DNA of 64,000 nt from Octopus vulgaris. Its lineage: Eukaryota. The notes under the pieces are model-generated. The model ran no database searches. It had not been told where the DNA came from and saw nothing but the letters and a program-made list of their open reading frames with translations. Below are positions 42,821-59,447 of the stretch, one piece after another (the first letter of the stretch is position 1; each line of letters opens with the position of its first letter). The position numbers and the translations under genes are program-made. The DNA is taken from contig OX597828.1 in the NCBI GenBank assembly GCA_951406725.2, positions 47,368,001-47,432,000 on the forward strand, given 5' to 3'.

Positions 42821-42922
<102 letters not shown>

Positions 42923-43134
42923 GGATAAACGTATATGAATGTATGTCTGTGTATTTGCTTCTATATGTGTGTGAAATATTTACCGCGAATGTCTATGTGT
43001 GTGTGTGCCACTGTATACCTGCGTGTGTCTGTGTCTTTTGTATGTGTGTGTGTGTTTATGCGTAAGTTAAAGTAAAATGCAAGCGGAAGAAGAAGAAGAA
43101 GAAGAAGAAGAAGAAGAAGAAGAAGAAGAAGAAG

Positions 43135-43166
<32 letters not shown>

Positions 43167-44140
43167 CGACAACAATTCAATCCAATTTCAAAATGGCGGA
43201 CATTTTCTTAAAACCTCAGATTTATTGCAGCTTTTAAACACGCAATACGCATTTCTTTACAGTTCTCTGTGTTTGTACACGGTGACATACTTATAGGCAA
43301 CGTACGTTTGTTTCTTTGTTACCGTTGTTAATTTTTTATTCATTTAATTTTCTTTTTTTTTTTTTCCTTTTTCATTCGTAACATCAAATTATGAATTTAA
43401 AAAAAAAAGCATTACGTGGGAGAGATGAGTCAATTGACAGTTTTCAGTTCCGGTTAAAATTTGGTCTATTTTAGATTTCCAAGTACATTCATAAAGACAA
43501 ACCGACAAACCAACAAACCAACCAGCCAACCATTTCTGATTGACGAACAATAAAATAATAAGTGGGAAAAGTTATAAGCAAGATTTCTCAAACAAAAGAA
43601 GATAAATAATATACTATGTAGATATCATGTGTGGTCATGTACATTATTATTATTATTGAGTGAGAAAGCAGTTCATGCCATCAAAGTGACGCTGGGGTAA
43701 AATATACGAAGCCCAATATACCCATCATGACTACCCGTCTGATAAAGGTACACCAGGCACATGCATCACAACCATATGTGCGCGACATGGTGATCTCATA
43801 TCAAGATAAACAGCACATGACCTTGCAGGTGGGGCCCAGTTAGAATTTTCTTCAGGTTGAGTAGCCCATCCCGCTCAAAAGGTCTCTGAATAAGGGTTGT
43901 TTAAGGATGTTGAACGAACCACCCATGTTTCCAGAGGTGAATTATTCAAACCCCAAAGAATCCCTCTCAACACATGGGTATAATGCTCCCCCACTACTTC
44001 TGCTCGTGATCAGAGATGCACATATCGTCAGCCACTAAGGGACATGCTCAACTGGTTAAGGTCAAACAACTGACAAGCAAATCTGTGGTATTGAGCAGAA
44101 TATTTGCTGTAGCCCATCTTTATTATTATTATTATTATTA

Positions 44141-44201
<61 letters not shown>

Positions 44202-44621
44202 CATTATCATTGTTATTATTATTATTATTATTTTTATTATTATTATTAATTTCATCTGCCTTTACGCTCAGAATTTAAAATCTACGGAGGTCCACTTTGC
44301 CTTTTATCCTTCCGAGGTCGATAAAATAAACTACCAATCAAGTATTGGGGAACTCCTTCCCTTAAAACAGTTGACCAAAATTAGAAAGAATTATTAGTAT
44401 TATTACTGTTATTATTATTATTATTATTATTACTACTACAACTAGTATTACTACTACTACTAATACTACTACTAATACTACTACTACTACTACTAATACT
44501 ACTACTACTACTACCACTAGTAGTAGTAGTTATTTTATTATTATTATTACCTCTAAAATTATATTACTACAACTATTATTGTGGTTCATCTTGTTATTCA
44601 TCATGATGTAATATATATATG

Positions 44622-44674
<53 letters not shown>

Positions 44675-44676
44675 GC

Positions 44677-44740
<64 letters not shown>

Positions 44741-45137
44741 TCTAACTGAGGAGTCACAATCATACCAAAACGGTGGTGTTTAAGAATCGACAACGTCAAT
44801 GAAGCGCGTGTTCGTCACAATACAATGTCTAAAGTGAGATATTCTCCTAAGAAGAAATCCAACAGTAAAGAAAAAGGAAAAGCATTTTCCCTTCCAAGAC
44901 TTTCAGAACATATTTTCCATGTTTTGATAACCGCTGTTTCGCGTGCTATTAATACTTATACATATATAGGTGCAGGTGAGATTGTATGGTAAGGAATTTG
45001 CTTCCCAACTACATGGTTCTGGGTTCAGTCCCACTGTGTGGCACTTTGGGCAAGTGGCTTCTACGATAGCATCGAACCGACCAAAGTATTTTGAGTGGAT
45101 TTGGTAGATAGAAACTGAAAGAAGTCCGTCATATTAG

Positions 45138-45200
<63 letters not shown>

Positions 45201-45496
45201 ATGTGTGTGTGTGTGTGTGTGTGTATGCTTTTGTGTATGTATATTTTTGTGTCTGCGTGTGTTTTTTTTTTTGTCTGTGCTTCTCCTCCACCACTGCTTC
45301 ATAGCGGTTCGGCAAAAGAGACCGATAGAATAAGTACCAGGCTTAAAATGAAACATAAGTACAGAAATCGAATTCATTCTTCAATGTGGTGCTCCAGCAT
45401 GGCCGCAGTCAACTGAAACAAGTAAAAAGTAAAAGCTGTGTTAGTGTATGTGTATGTGCGCGCGTGTATGTATGTGTGTGTGTGTGCGTTTGTGTC

Positions 45497-45561
<65 letters not shown>

Positions 45562-45644
45562 CTTATCTAATGAATCCAACAGATGAATTTTTATACATTT
45601 TTTCTCTACCCAATATCACTGACAAGGTATGGATCGATATATAT

Positions 45645-45895
45645 AAACAATTGCAGCATGGAAGGTGTTTATAAGCCATTTAAGAAACACACAAAAACCG
45701 TTAGATTCACTTCACAGGTCGCGGTCTCAAAGCGACGAAAATATTTTTACAAAGTAAACTTAAATGTTGAAGTGAATCTAACGGTTTTTGTTTGTTTCTT
45801 AAATGGCTTATAAACACCTTACACGCTGCAATTGTTTTCGTTCCAGCACACGATCTCAGATCAAGTCACTCGCTATGAAAGTACATCTCCGTAAG
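45645..45895. mobile_element. Penelope pLTR-like repeat with ~70-bp inverted arms and a 5'-truncated hammerhead (45714-45752)
   Basis: Arms 45645-45714 / 45768-45837. Spacer ACA-G-GTCGC ggtctcaaa GCGAC-GAAA-atat-TT. Same family as 59190-59330. Confidence 0.7.
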
Positions 45896-45906
45896 ATATA
45901 TATACA

Positions 45907-46021
<115 letters not shown>

Positions 46022-46659
46022 CACATATACGAATAAATAAATAACATACATACATACATACATACATACATACATACATACATACATACATACATACATA
46101 CATGAATTATGTATCTATCTATGTTTGTGTCTGTGTTTGTCCTCCCACCGTCATTTGACAACCGATGTTAGTGTGTTTACGTAGCTATAACTTAGCGTTT
46201 CGGCAAAAAACGGCAAATTTAATAAGTATCAGGTTTACAAGTCCTGGGGGTCGATTTGTCCGACTAAATCTCTTTAAAGTAGTGCTCCAGTGTGGCCACA
46301 GTCTAATGACTGAAACACGTAACAGAATAACGCACAATGACACAAACAAGTACATACAGAAAGATAGATAGACAAATGCTGTTTGTTCCTTCCCGAGCCA
46401 TGCTTGGCTCATAAGGGCCGGTTTCCCGGCCCCATCTGGACCGGTGAGCTGCTCGATGAGGGAAATTTGTGGCGAAAGCGTCAGCAAGAGTTCGACATTA
46501 CATTCTGCCGGAACCGCGTCGAGCTTAGGTGTTTCGCTAATAAACACACACATCGCCCGGTCTGAGATTTGAACCCGCCATCCTTCAACCTCGACTCCAC
46601 TGCTCTGACCACAAGGCCATGAATCTCCACGATAGATATGTTATTTAAAAAGTTGAACG

Positions 46660-46699
<40 letters not shown>

Positions 46700-46706
46700 C
46701 GTTCAA

Positions 46707-46739
<33 letters not shown>

Positions 46740-47384
46740 GTTCCAAGTTCAAGTTGCGTTGAAGTTACTGTCGCCTTTCATCCCTCCGAGGTCGATGTCA
46801 CATTCATGCCACTCAAGTAGATTCAATTTCGACATTCCCCACCCCACTCGCCGCTCCTGTGGACTTTGTGACCTTTATTTTAATTCAAAAATTAGCTTGT
46901 GTTGTTTTTTTGTCTGAAATTTATTTGCAATTATTGTGTTTAATTGCTTTATTAACCCCACAGTCATTAGTTTATAATTTACAATTTTTGATTTAGAAGA
47001 GGATTGATTAATTTGTAATTCCTCTCAACGAGCGACCTTACCATTGAGACCCTAGTTTCTGGATGGCTGACTTGGTTTATCGGGAAGAAACAAAACAGGG
47101 GATAGAATTGAAAGAAAGAATTTAGACAAACCTAAAGCCAAAGGGAGAAAGAAATAGTATGAGCATGCAAGAGTGAGTGAGAGAGAGAGAGAGACACAGA
47201 GAGAGAGAGAGAATGAGAGATAGAAAACGAGATAAGCACACATGTATTTATATGTATGTGTGTGTGTGTGCGTGTGTTTGCGTATGTGTGTCTGTGTGTG
47301 TGTGTGCGCGAGTGTGTGTATACATACACACAAACTCACACATGCATATATACATATACACAGACAGAAAAGGAGAGACACATG

Positions 47385-47445
<61 letters not shown>

Positions 47446-48688
47446 GATAGAAAGGGGAGAGACACTGAGAGAGAACGAAGGAAACAGATAGAAAAAGACA
47501 ACGAGCAAGAGAAAAACGTAAGCACACGCCTGCAAAAGCATACATAAAACATACATACACATACACACAAATGCTCACACACACACACAGACACACACAT
47601 ACACATATGAAAAGAGGAAGAGAAAATGGCAGTTGGTGAGAGAGAGAGGAGGGGAGGGGGAGGGGAGGGGAGGGGGAGGAGGAAGAGGAGGAGGAGGAAG
47701 AGAAAGAGGAAGAGGAGGAGGAGGGGGTTAATATCCACTTATCTAATTTAGCCTTGAGTAAAATATTCAGCCAACTGTTTTATTATTCCACCATTCTCCG
47801 GCACTAGAACGCCGCACTCATTACTGTACACTGCTTACTTTTGTAACTCTACATCGTGAGTTCAAATTCAACTGGGTGTAGCTTGTCTTTATTCTAAAAA
47901 TAAATCCCAGATAACGATGATTTGCACATTTATTCTCAAAGTATTCTGGCTGGTTCGAAAGCAAATATGCTAGTCGCTGTTGTTTGCGTCACAGGAGAAC
48001 GCCTTTCTCTTCTACGACGACGATGTGTTCATAACACACTCGGTGCATTGGCGCAATGAACTGTGGGACACTGCTGTTTCGGCATGTTCGGTTTCGTCCG
48101 CCAGAGGTACCCAAACTTTTTGATCCTTAGCAAACCATTGATTTTGTTTTTGATTTCAGGGAAAAAACTGTTTGCTGATCAGTGCTAAGATATGTCAACC
48201 AATAAAAGATCGTTATTTGCTCAGATGCATTACATAGAGGGTTGTGAGTTTAAGAAGTTAACTTCACAATCACTTGGTATTTTTGTTTAGTCTCCTAGCA
48301 TGACCTCGGTTCCATGACTGAAAAAAAGTTAAAACAGGTCAAAACTGTTGACGTCATAAGTTTCTGTCTCAAGATGTAAACTAATTTTTCCTGTACAGAA
48401 AATGAAATTCATATATATACAGGGGTTGGACACAATAATGGAAGCACCTAGTATCATAGCATCATAATTTTGAAATATCTATAAAACCGTCTAAGTATAT
48501 ATATATATATACTTAGATAGATAGATAGATTGAGAGAGAGAGAGAGAGAGATACGTATACATATACATATAGGCTTACAAAGAATAAGTCCCGGGGATGA
48601 TTTGTTCAACTAAACGCAGCGCTCCAGCATGGCCCCATTCAAATGACTGAAACAAATAAAAGAAAAGAATACGTGTATATATATATAT

Positions 48689-49089
48689 TGGCTGTGTGGT
48701 CAGTAGCTTGCTTACCAACCACATGGTTCCGGGTTCAGTCACACTGCGTGGCACCTTGGACAAGTGTCTTCTACTATAGCCTCGGGCCGACCAAAGCCTT
48801 GTGAGTGGATTTGGTAGACGGAAACTGAAAGAAGCCCGTCGTATATATGTATATATATATGCGTGTGTGTGTTTGTGTGTCTGTGTTTGTCCCCCTAGCA
48901 TTGCTTGGCAACCGATGCTGGTGTGTTTATGTCCCCGTTACTTAGCGGTTCGGCAAAAGAGACCGATAGAATAAGTACTGGGCTTACAAAAGAATAAGTC
49001 CCGGGGTCGAGTTGCTCGATTAAAAGGCGGTGCTCCAGCATGGCCGCAGTCAAATGACTGAAACAAGTAAAAGAGTAAAGAGTAAAAGA

Positions 49090-49090
<1 letters not shown>
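48689..49090 (+). mobile_element. SINE family A, preceded by an orphan 3' half at about 48570-48670
   Basis: Near-identical to 38418-38822. Confidence 0.9.
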
Positions 49091-49129
<39 letters not shown>

Positions 49130-49807
49130 GCACATGTATATATACATTTATACACACGCGCACGCACACACATGTTCACACACACTCATACACACACACA
49201 CACATATTGTGATGTTAATGAACAAAAACAAAAATTGTCAAGACGAGGGCTAAGTTTTAAATATTGTATTAGTTTAACGCTTAAAAAGGAAAGGTAAAAA
49301 TCCAGTATCTTTCTCTTTATACACAAACTCATGCACACATAGATAGATACATAGATAGGCAGATAGACAGCTAGGAGAGAAGAAAAAAAAGAGGTGAGTT
49401 AGGTTTTCGATCAAAGGGGATCGTAAAAGGGAAAGAAGAAAAAAAAGATCTATAGGGATCATGTATCACAGTGTCATGGTGTAAAGTGTAAAGGGAGAAG
49501 CATATAAGGTTTATCTGTTGGAAGAAAAGCCTGCAGAAAGGACCACGGTAACCTCGGTCAATGATGTTACATGTTACCACATTTGTTTGCAAATAGGTAA
49601 CCCTCTGTTTTAAATTTTCCGGGTTCATAGGATTATGCTCAAGGTGGCTTAGCCATTCATACGTGCCATCCTTGCTACATTCACCCATCTTTTTTTGAAG
49701 CATTCGCTAGACAAAACTTGCCTCTCTACTCTCACTTTCCTTTTCAAGTGATACTTGAAAAAGTTGATGAGAGATTGACCAGAGAGGAAAGTGTTTGTCT
49801 CCAATCC

Positions 49808-49899
<92 letters not shown>

Positions 49900-50489
49900 G
49901 AATGGATGGATGGATGGATACATATGTATTTATATGTACGTATATATGTATGTATGTGTATGTCTGTATGTATATATGTGTGTATATGCATATCTGTATG
50001 TATATGCATTTATTTATTATGTGAAATTATATTCCAAAGTCCAAAATGAGATGGTTAATGTGAGGCTTAGGTTAGAAGGTTAATAGTTAATCGGGACAAG
50101 TGAGCTCCATCAACGCAATACCTGCAGGAGGATGCGAGCTCATGACAGCATGCTCAGAGGTTGAACACTTTATCTACTTGATGAAAGCCAATTTACACAA
50201 GCACATACACGCACATTTACAAGTATATACACACGTACACGCACACACGTCGAGGTACATGCAAACATACACGTACACACACACACACACACACATGTAT
50301 ATATTCCATAACCATGTTTGTGTAATATTGTCAAATGACATGGAAATTCACTTCGCAATCTCAGGGTCACAGGTTCGATCCCACTAAGATCTATACTTCG
50401 CGAGAAAATATTCATTTTTTGAATACTGTTGGAGTTGTATCGGATTCCAAAGAGAGATGATAAATGGTCGCAGCCAATTGGATCCTGGA

Positions 50490-50650
50490 AACTCCAGGGA
50501 CCGAACAATACCATCTCCAAAGACATAACACTGTTGATTCTATAAATGCGAAAATAATTAACTTATTTGATGGAGAATCAGTCCCTTAAGTCAAGTCACT
50601 TAGATCTTCATCAAAAGATGAAGACAATGTCTACAATTATCCAAAGTACT
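50490..50650 (+). pseudogene. Degraded Helitron Pif1-type helicase fragment
   Basis: DRTIPSPK / NTVDSINAKIINLFDGESVP*VKSL..DEDNVYNYPK resembles the Helitron helicase segment ERAILAPKN..V..IN..IL....GE...Y.S.D.......YP.EFLN. 49500-49700 (-) may be a further piece. Confidence 0.45.
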
Positions 50651-51465
50651 AAAGCACATGTTGGTTTCCTCTTCGCTGGAATCAATGTTTCTCTAAATGC
50701 AAATCTGGGAGATGTCACCAAACTTCCTTGTTTTCATCTATAAAGAAGGAAGGTGTCTTCTTTAATAGAGTTAACAATGAAACAAGAATTCGAATGACGC
50801 ATTTACAGAGATGAACGGTTCAAAGCAGTGTGGTTCCAGAAAGGAAAAATATGCCATAATGCCAAGAATTAAAGTGACACTTTACTAGCCTGATCACAGT
50901 CAAATTTATGCCACTAAAATTTCCAGTTCGCGAGGTTTTCGCAAGAACAGTCTATGAAGTCTCTTTCGAATTCAATACTCTGTTATTCTTATGTAATCTT
51001 TTAATGCTGAGGCAGTTCTATATCTCTGTCAAAAGCTACGCACATTGTTGCAGGCAGAGTGGTGGACAAAGTTTGAAATGAAACTGGACAACAAGGTCAC
51101 CAAACTTGTGCACACTCTGTGTGTACAGTTTCTGCGCGCCTACACTCACACACACACATATATACACATATATACAGGCATTCATTATATATACATACAT
51201 ATATATTTATATGCATATATATATATATATACACACATATATATGTATACATATATACATATATATACATTATATAGATGTATGTATATATATATATTCA
51301 TATATACATATATAGATGCATATATATATGTATACATACACATATATGTATATATGTATATATATATATATGTATACATATATATATGTTTGCGTGTATA
51401 CATGTATATAGACATATATATATATACATATATATGCAAACATATATACATACATACACACACAC

Positions 51466-51499
<34 letters not shown>

Positions 51500-51651
51500 G
51501 TGTCTGTAAACATGTATATAAACACATATATATATGCTTATATATATATGCATCTATATATATCTGTAGGTATATATATACTGTATATACATATACGTAT
51601 GTATATATATATATATGTATATATTTATATATATGTGTGTGTATATACATG

Positions 51652-51746
<95 letters not shown>

Positions 51747-51775
51747 GTATATATATATATGTATATATATGTATA

Positions 51776-51824
<49 letters not shown>

Positions 51825-52466
51825 CTGCAAAGGCAATCGGAGCGGGGCCTTTTAATCTAGTATTAGAGCGACAGATCGTTCACACATGAATAAGTAACGT
51901 TGTTGTATATAATGACAGTTTAGCTCGCACCATTACACCAACACTGACTTCTGCTCCCTTCTCCTCCTCCCACCATCGTCCCTCCTCCCTCGCTCCCTCT
52001 CTTGATCCCCATTTCTCTCTGTCACTTCTCTCTTCCTTTCTCTCTCTCTCCCCCTCTTGCTCGCTATATAAGGTTAAGTGGACGCTAACAAACTCGGCTC
52101 TGCTATAGACCGACCTCCACATCTCTGTTGGCAGTCCAGATGGATCTTGCATCCTCGGGGCTCCAGTTAACTTCGTTGTTGTCTGTATTTACAACTATCC
52201 CTCACACCGTCACCCCAGCTCCAGATTATTTCCTTCTCCTTTCGTACTTCTCCACATCTCTCACTCTCCCTCTCCCTCACTCTCTTTCTATTTCTGAAAC
52301 GCTTTTTCCTAAACGTTTTCCCCTTATTTTGTTTCTTTTCCACATCTCTCCCTCTCACCCTCCCTCTTTCACTTTCACTTTCTCTGTGTGTATGTATATA
52401 TGTATATACATACATACACATACATGTGTATACGTATCTATATATATGTATGTATGTATGTATGTA

Positions 52467-52525
<59 letters not shown>

Positions 52526-53230
52526 ATATATGCATATATATATATATATGCATATATATACACATTTACATACTTCTAAGAATGCATATACATATATATA
52601 TACATACATATATGTATGTATATACATGTATATATATGTGTGTGTGTGTGTATGTGAGTGTGTGCGCGTTCGTGCATGTGTATGTATATATACATACTTA
52701 GCTACCATTTTGTTAAACCATTCATATACATTCTCATATATATATACACACTCTCATACATACACACTTATATGCATACATTGCTTCTCTCTTCTCTTCC
52801 TTGTTTCCCACACACCCACGCGCATACATACACACCAAAAAGACGTGCAATATTCACCATGACTCCTGCCCGACACAAATCATACAAAGGGTCCCAAATC
52901 CCAAACAAATACACAGCATTTAATCGTCCTAATTACGCTCAAAACCCCTTCATTTAAATCATTGTTACAGCGTGCAGAAAAAGGGGAAATAGAAACAGAG
53001 ATAGAAAGAGAGGTAGAGGAGAAGGAGAGAGAGAGAGAGAGAAGGAGATGGGAGAAAAGGAAAGGCGAGGGATAGGGAGAGGAGATAGAAGGAGAAGGAG
53101 GGGGCGATGTAATGGAAGAAGTTTCGTTTTCTATTAAATAATCATAATTTGAATATTTATCTTGGCTATTGTAATTTATTGTTGACTCTTGTGGTCGTTA
53201 TTGTTTCTATCAATGCTGCTGCTGCTGCTC

Positions 53231-53292
<62 letters not shown>

Positions 53293-53306
53293 AATGATGA
53301 TGGTGG

Positions 53307-53357
<51 letters not shown>

Positions 53358-53898
53358 CGGCGACGATGATGATGATGATGATGAGGAGGAGGAGGATAAT
53401 GAGGATGATGGCGATGATGATGATGATGGCGACGATGAACATCATGATGCTCATGATGACGACGATGACGACAACGCCCATGGCTGATGATGGTGATGAC
53501 GACAACGACGACGACAACGATAAGGACGATGGTGATGATGCTGACGACAGAGACAGTGATTACGAAAAGGAGGAGGAGGAGGAGGGAGAGGATCGCAATG
53601 AGCATTTTTGTAATGATGTTATTGTAGTTGTTGCTGTTATTTTTGTTGTTGTTGTTGTCATTGTGCCAAGGGGGATAAACTAAATAAACTAAGATATTAA
53701 CCATTTTCATTTATTGAAACGACCTTTATTGCCCGGCATTTCAACAACAACAACAACAACAACAACAACAGCAACAACAACAGCAACAACAACAACAACA
53801 TAAATGGCTTGTTATTGTTTTGTTTACTTTAATTTCCTTGTATTTTCTACTGAACTTAATTCTCCCCCCCCTTTCAATATCGGCACCACATTACACAC

Positions 53899-53932
<34 letters not shown>

Positions 53933-54534
53933 TGTGTAATTAATTGACGAAATGTAAAATATTCGCAAACACAAATCTTCCACCCACCCCATCACACTAC
54001 CCCATGTACCTACACTACTTAACCCCCGCTTTACCGCTAACCCTACCTTACCCCCACTTAACCCCATCTTGCCAAGACCGCAGGGCTTAATAATGTGAAA
54101 TTGAAAGATAAAAATGAAAGCAAAAACAAACTGGCCTTGGGCTGTATAAGTCTTGGTTGTGCAAAAACAATGGATGAGAAATCAATGAGCGTCCTGATTC
54201 CTCCTGGCTAGGTTGCTAGTCTCTTACAAATTAAACTCCCCAAATGTTGTCTTAAATTCCTGAGAGTACGTGATCCAATCAGGAAGTATCAATGCAGATG
54301 GGAACATATTAGGAATTATATATATATATATATATATACAGATATGAAGAGCCAAGAAAGTGTGCATGTGTATATGTTTATGTAAGTGTGTATGTGTGTG
54401 TGTGTGTGTGAAATAATTTACTTAATTGAGAAATTACGTTTAAAGATGTGTTTGCATATTATGTTTAGGGAAGCAAAAGGTTACCAGAAAGACTCTGTGT
54501 GTGTATATATATGTGTATATATATATATATATGT

Positions 54535-55290
<756 letters not shown>

Positions 55291-55348
55291 AACAGTATAT
55301 ATATCAGTTCAGGAAGTGTGTGCGCATATGTGTGTGTGTTATGTGTAC

Positions 55349-55412
<64 letters not shown>

Positions 55413-55948
55413 GTTAAGAGCGAGAAAAGAAGTAGTTGTTTAAAATGGTAATATGTATAAGGTAATGTGTGTATCATACTTGATCCGGATATATCGTTGA
55501 AAGCCTCTTTCATTGAGACGTTCGTTCCGAGATAGCGTCTCTTATATATTGCTAAAAGCCACATAAATATATCAGTGGGAGAGGAAAATCGTGAACGAGC
55601 AGTGGTGATGATATTGCTCTAAATGTGCATTTCTGTTTCTTTGCACTTCGTCAGTGGCAAGTGTCCACTGGGCAACCACATGCTAAGACAAAATCAGCCG
55701 CTACTTATCTAGTAACAGAATGGTTGGCAAATTAGGGGTATTAGTTCAAAATGGCAATCTAAGTATCTTACTTTAAAAAGATACATGATTGAAAGCCTCC
55801 TTCACTGCGATTTTTGTCTCATGAAAGCATCTCTTACCCACGTACATTGTTAAAAATGCACAAAAATACGAGTTGCAGACTAAATTAGTAAAGCAGCGGA
55901 GGTGGTATTTGCTAAATATGCTTTTCTGCTTCTTAGATAGATAGATAA

Positions 55949-56049
<101 letters not shown>

Positions 56050-57628
56050 CGTCAACAACTAACGTGGACCACAGCATATTTGCATTTGTTTGATTCTTGT
56101 AAATTTCGTTGCTGCAATACTTTCTCTCAACTCTAAAGCAATGCAAACCTCTTTTCCATCACTGTATCGAGCTATCAATGTATCTCTCCTTCTACCCTCG
56201 TACCTTCCGATCTGTCTCCATATTTGTCCGTATTTCGTCGGCAGCTTATCCTTCCTGAAACTGATCTTTCTGCTGGTCAGTTACTTTGTTCCACCTATCT
56301 ATTGGCAGGCATATTTTCTTGGCATCGCTTCGCAGTACTTGTTTTATTATTATTTTTATGTCGAAATACATTTTTAGGTACACATATATACATTTGCTTC
56401 GTTTTAAGTTTTTCTGACATTCTTACCTTCCCGAAAAACGTCTTACTCAATCGAAAGATTATTTTTTCCATTACTCGATCCTTTTTTTTTTGTTTCAATC
56501 TCTGTTCGTTGGTTAATCTACTTCCTCAGACGTTAGGAGCTTTCACGCTGCTTATTCTGCCAAAGTGGAAACTATTGTCGGTAGGTGTCGATATTACTAT
56601 GATATCTGGTCGACAACTGACGAAGTGTGAGGCGTGTTTGCCTTTTCTTGTGTTTCTGAGGACTTTGTTTCTTCGTTCTTGCATAAATCTCTCGTAAAGA
56701 AGGGTAAGTATGAGGACGAGAAGGAGGAAGAGGGGAACGATGAAGAAGAAAAAAACCACAATAAAACCACTACAAAAAAAGTAACAACAGCTTCTACATA
56801 CTTTGTTGATCCACCACGGAGGGAAGCAAGTCAAAATCGAATTTGTACACCGAGATGTAAACTCTGAACGTAAAGAGATGTTTAAAATGAAATGGCAAAT
56901 GAAAGTGACGTGACCGGAAGTGTAACAATGCAATACAAAGACGGTTGGCTTAACTGCATAACAGGTTACACATCTGTGTGATTAGAATATAACTTCTATT
57001 GATTACATTAATCGTTCGTTAAAGTAATTAACAGGAAATTATGTCCAGCTGGGTGTAGGTGAGATAATTTACTTAATTGCCGACAACACGATATTCCTCA
57101 TTGAATACTCATATAAGTGTATCATTTTATGACCGTAAACTGGGTTTTGTGAAATTTGCATGGTAAACTATCTCATCTGTCTGTCTGTTTATCGCTGTCG
57201 CTACATCTTCATGTCTCTATTTTATATTTGAAAACACAAACACATATACATACACACACACATGCACACGAATGCTTGTATGTACGTATGTATGCATATA
57301 TATGTGCGTGTGTGCGTATGTTTGTATATATACGTGTATGCATATAGACAGTAATAAAGACGACGTGTGAGAGTTTAGCTTTTGCCGAACGACCAGCACA
57401 AATTATATATTTACCGTGATCATGCCGCACATTAGCTCACTCTTCCCAACAAATCGACCTCGCCTGATCAGGTGCACTGTGTATCAGACGTCAGGTGTCG
57501 AAGTGGTCAAAGAGCCACGTAAGGTGAAGCGTTTTTCTCAAGAACACAACGCACCATCCGGTCAAGGAATTGAAACTGCGATCTCGCATGCAGCTCCCTA
57601 CCCACTAGACTATGCGCCCTCATATATA

Positions 57629-58670
57629 CAGAGCGCGTAAGATATTTGAGGACAGATTTATGTTTGTAAAAGACACAGATATTTGATAACAGGTAATAAA
57701 TTTATTTATCAAAAAGTGCTACGAAGATAAAAATATATCAGCTACAACAACTAATTCTATATGAGATCTAAATCATCAACATGCTCGAATCAAGTGGTCC
57801 TGGATCACTTTGGACATTATTCTGACTATGGCAACTTTCAAAGAATCTTTGGTGTTATGGCCGTCGTCATTGACCTCTCTCTCAACAACGCTTCACATAT
57901 AATAGTCCAGTGGATTGAAATCTGGAGAATTAGGAGGTCAAATGTTAGGGAGTATGTGATATCATGAAAATTTTCAGCCATCCATTCCTCTGTGTGTTAC
58001 TAGAACCATGTGTGAGAGTGCGGAGTCTTACTGAAACAAATATGGCCTTCCATTGCATACACTGTCTATTTGGGGCTTAAAAATTATTTCCAGGACCTCA
58101 ATGTTGGCAGCAGAGTTAACTCTAACGCCTTGTGGAAAGACGTAGGGAGGCATCACTTGTCCATCATTGCTGACAACCCCCTAAAACCATCACAGTTGCA
58201 GAACATTTTGTATGCATAACATTTGGAACTTTAAAAAGGTTTGCACATAACCATCTGTCATTTCTTCTGTTAACTTTTTGATGCTGGTCGAAGTTTTTCT
58301 CGTTTGAGAAAAAAACAAATCAAATCTTCTTCTGCTGGATTTTCAATTTCTTTAAGAGCCTTTTAGATATGATGTAGCGATTTTCTTTTGGTTTTCTGAC
58401 AAATTGACATTTCCTCGTCATATAAGACTTATATCTGATACTTTCTTGGACAACATTTCTGACTGTTCCTTCTAACACATGGGAATCTGTTGCAACTGAC
58501 ATCATGGATTTTCTTCGGATTCTAACCAATGGTCTGTTGAACTTGCTGGATAAATTAAAATGTTATGATAATTTCTGAGCGTTTAGAATGCTTTTTATGC
58601 TTTGATACTAGTGATACGTTTCCATCTTCAAACTCTAGCCCCTTACAAACTTCGTAGACGAAAGATCCGC
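57629..58670 (-). mobile_element. Degenerate DD37D/maT-like Tc1/mariner transposon
   Basis: Minus strand RKSMMSVATDSHVLEGTVRNVVQESIRYKSY..KENRYIISKRLLKKLK and PNI*PPNSPDFNPLDYYM*SVVEREVN..HNTKDSLKVAI..DHLIRAC. Confidence 0.85.
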
Positions 58671-58724
58671 ATATGTGTGTGTGTGTAATGTATATCTATT
58701 TATATATCAATCTATCTCTGTATG

Positions 58725-58757
<33 letters not shown>

Positions 58758-58770
58758 AGGTATATGTAAA

Positions 58771-58839
<69 letters not shown>

Positions 58840-58919
58840 TATTATTATTACTACTACTACTACTATTATTATTATTATTATTATAATAATAATAATTATT
58901 ATTATTATTATTATTATTA

Positions 58920-58953
<34 letters not shown>

Positions 58954-59273
58954 CAAGGATAAAATCTATATCGGATTTTATCAGGTAGCTAGCATGCAAA
59001 AACAATTTAGGTATATATTAATACAGAGTATATAATGTTTTATAAAATGTATTATTAGGACAAACTATATAGTAGTGCCGCATGTTACAAGAAGATGTCA
59101 GATGATTCTAAAACTACCTTATTTATCACATAGACACGGGCTGAAAACTACCATGTAGTTTTTCCCTTAATTTGTATATATATATATATAAACAATTGCA
59201 GCATGGAAGGTGTTTATAAGCCATTTAAGAAACACAAAAAACCGTTAGATTCACTTCAACATTTAAATTTAAT

Positions 59274-59322
59274 TTGTCAAAATATTTTCGTAGCTTTGAG
59301 ACCACCACCCGTTCACTGACAA
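59274..59322 (-). ncRNA. Type-I hammerhead ribozyme motif, G3-C8 core variant
   Basis: Minus strand TTGTCA-GTGAACG-G-GTGGT ggtctcaaa GCTAC-GAAA-atat-T-T-TGACAA. 6-bp stem I, palindromic AATATT stem III. The sister copy at 45714 shows A at position 9 and a perfect GTCGC/GCGAC stem II. Confidence 0.6.
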
Positions 59323-59370
59323 GACTTCGTATATATACATATGTATATATACATATATATACATATATAC

Positions 59371-59447
<77 letters not shown>

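Noticed and set aside
53149-53710. Poly-Asp/Met/His ORFs suggesting an acidic or His-rich protein (also 29812-30436)
   Set aside because: Degenerate (GAT)n microsatellite, open in several frames, with no convincing splice signals.
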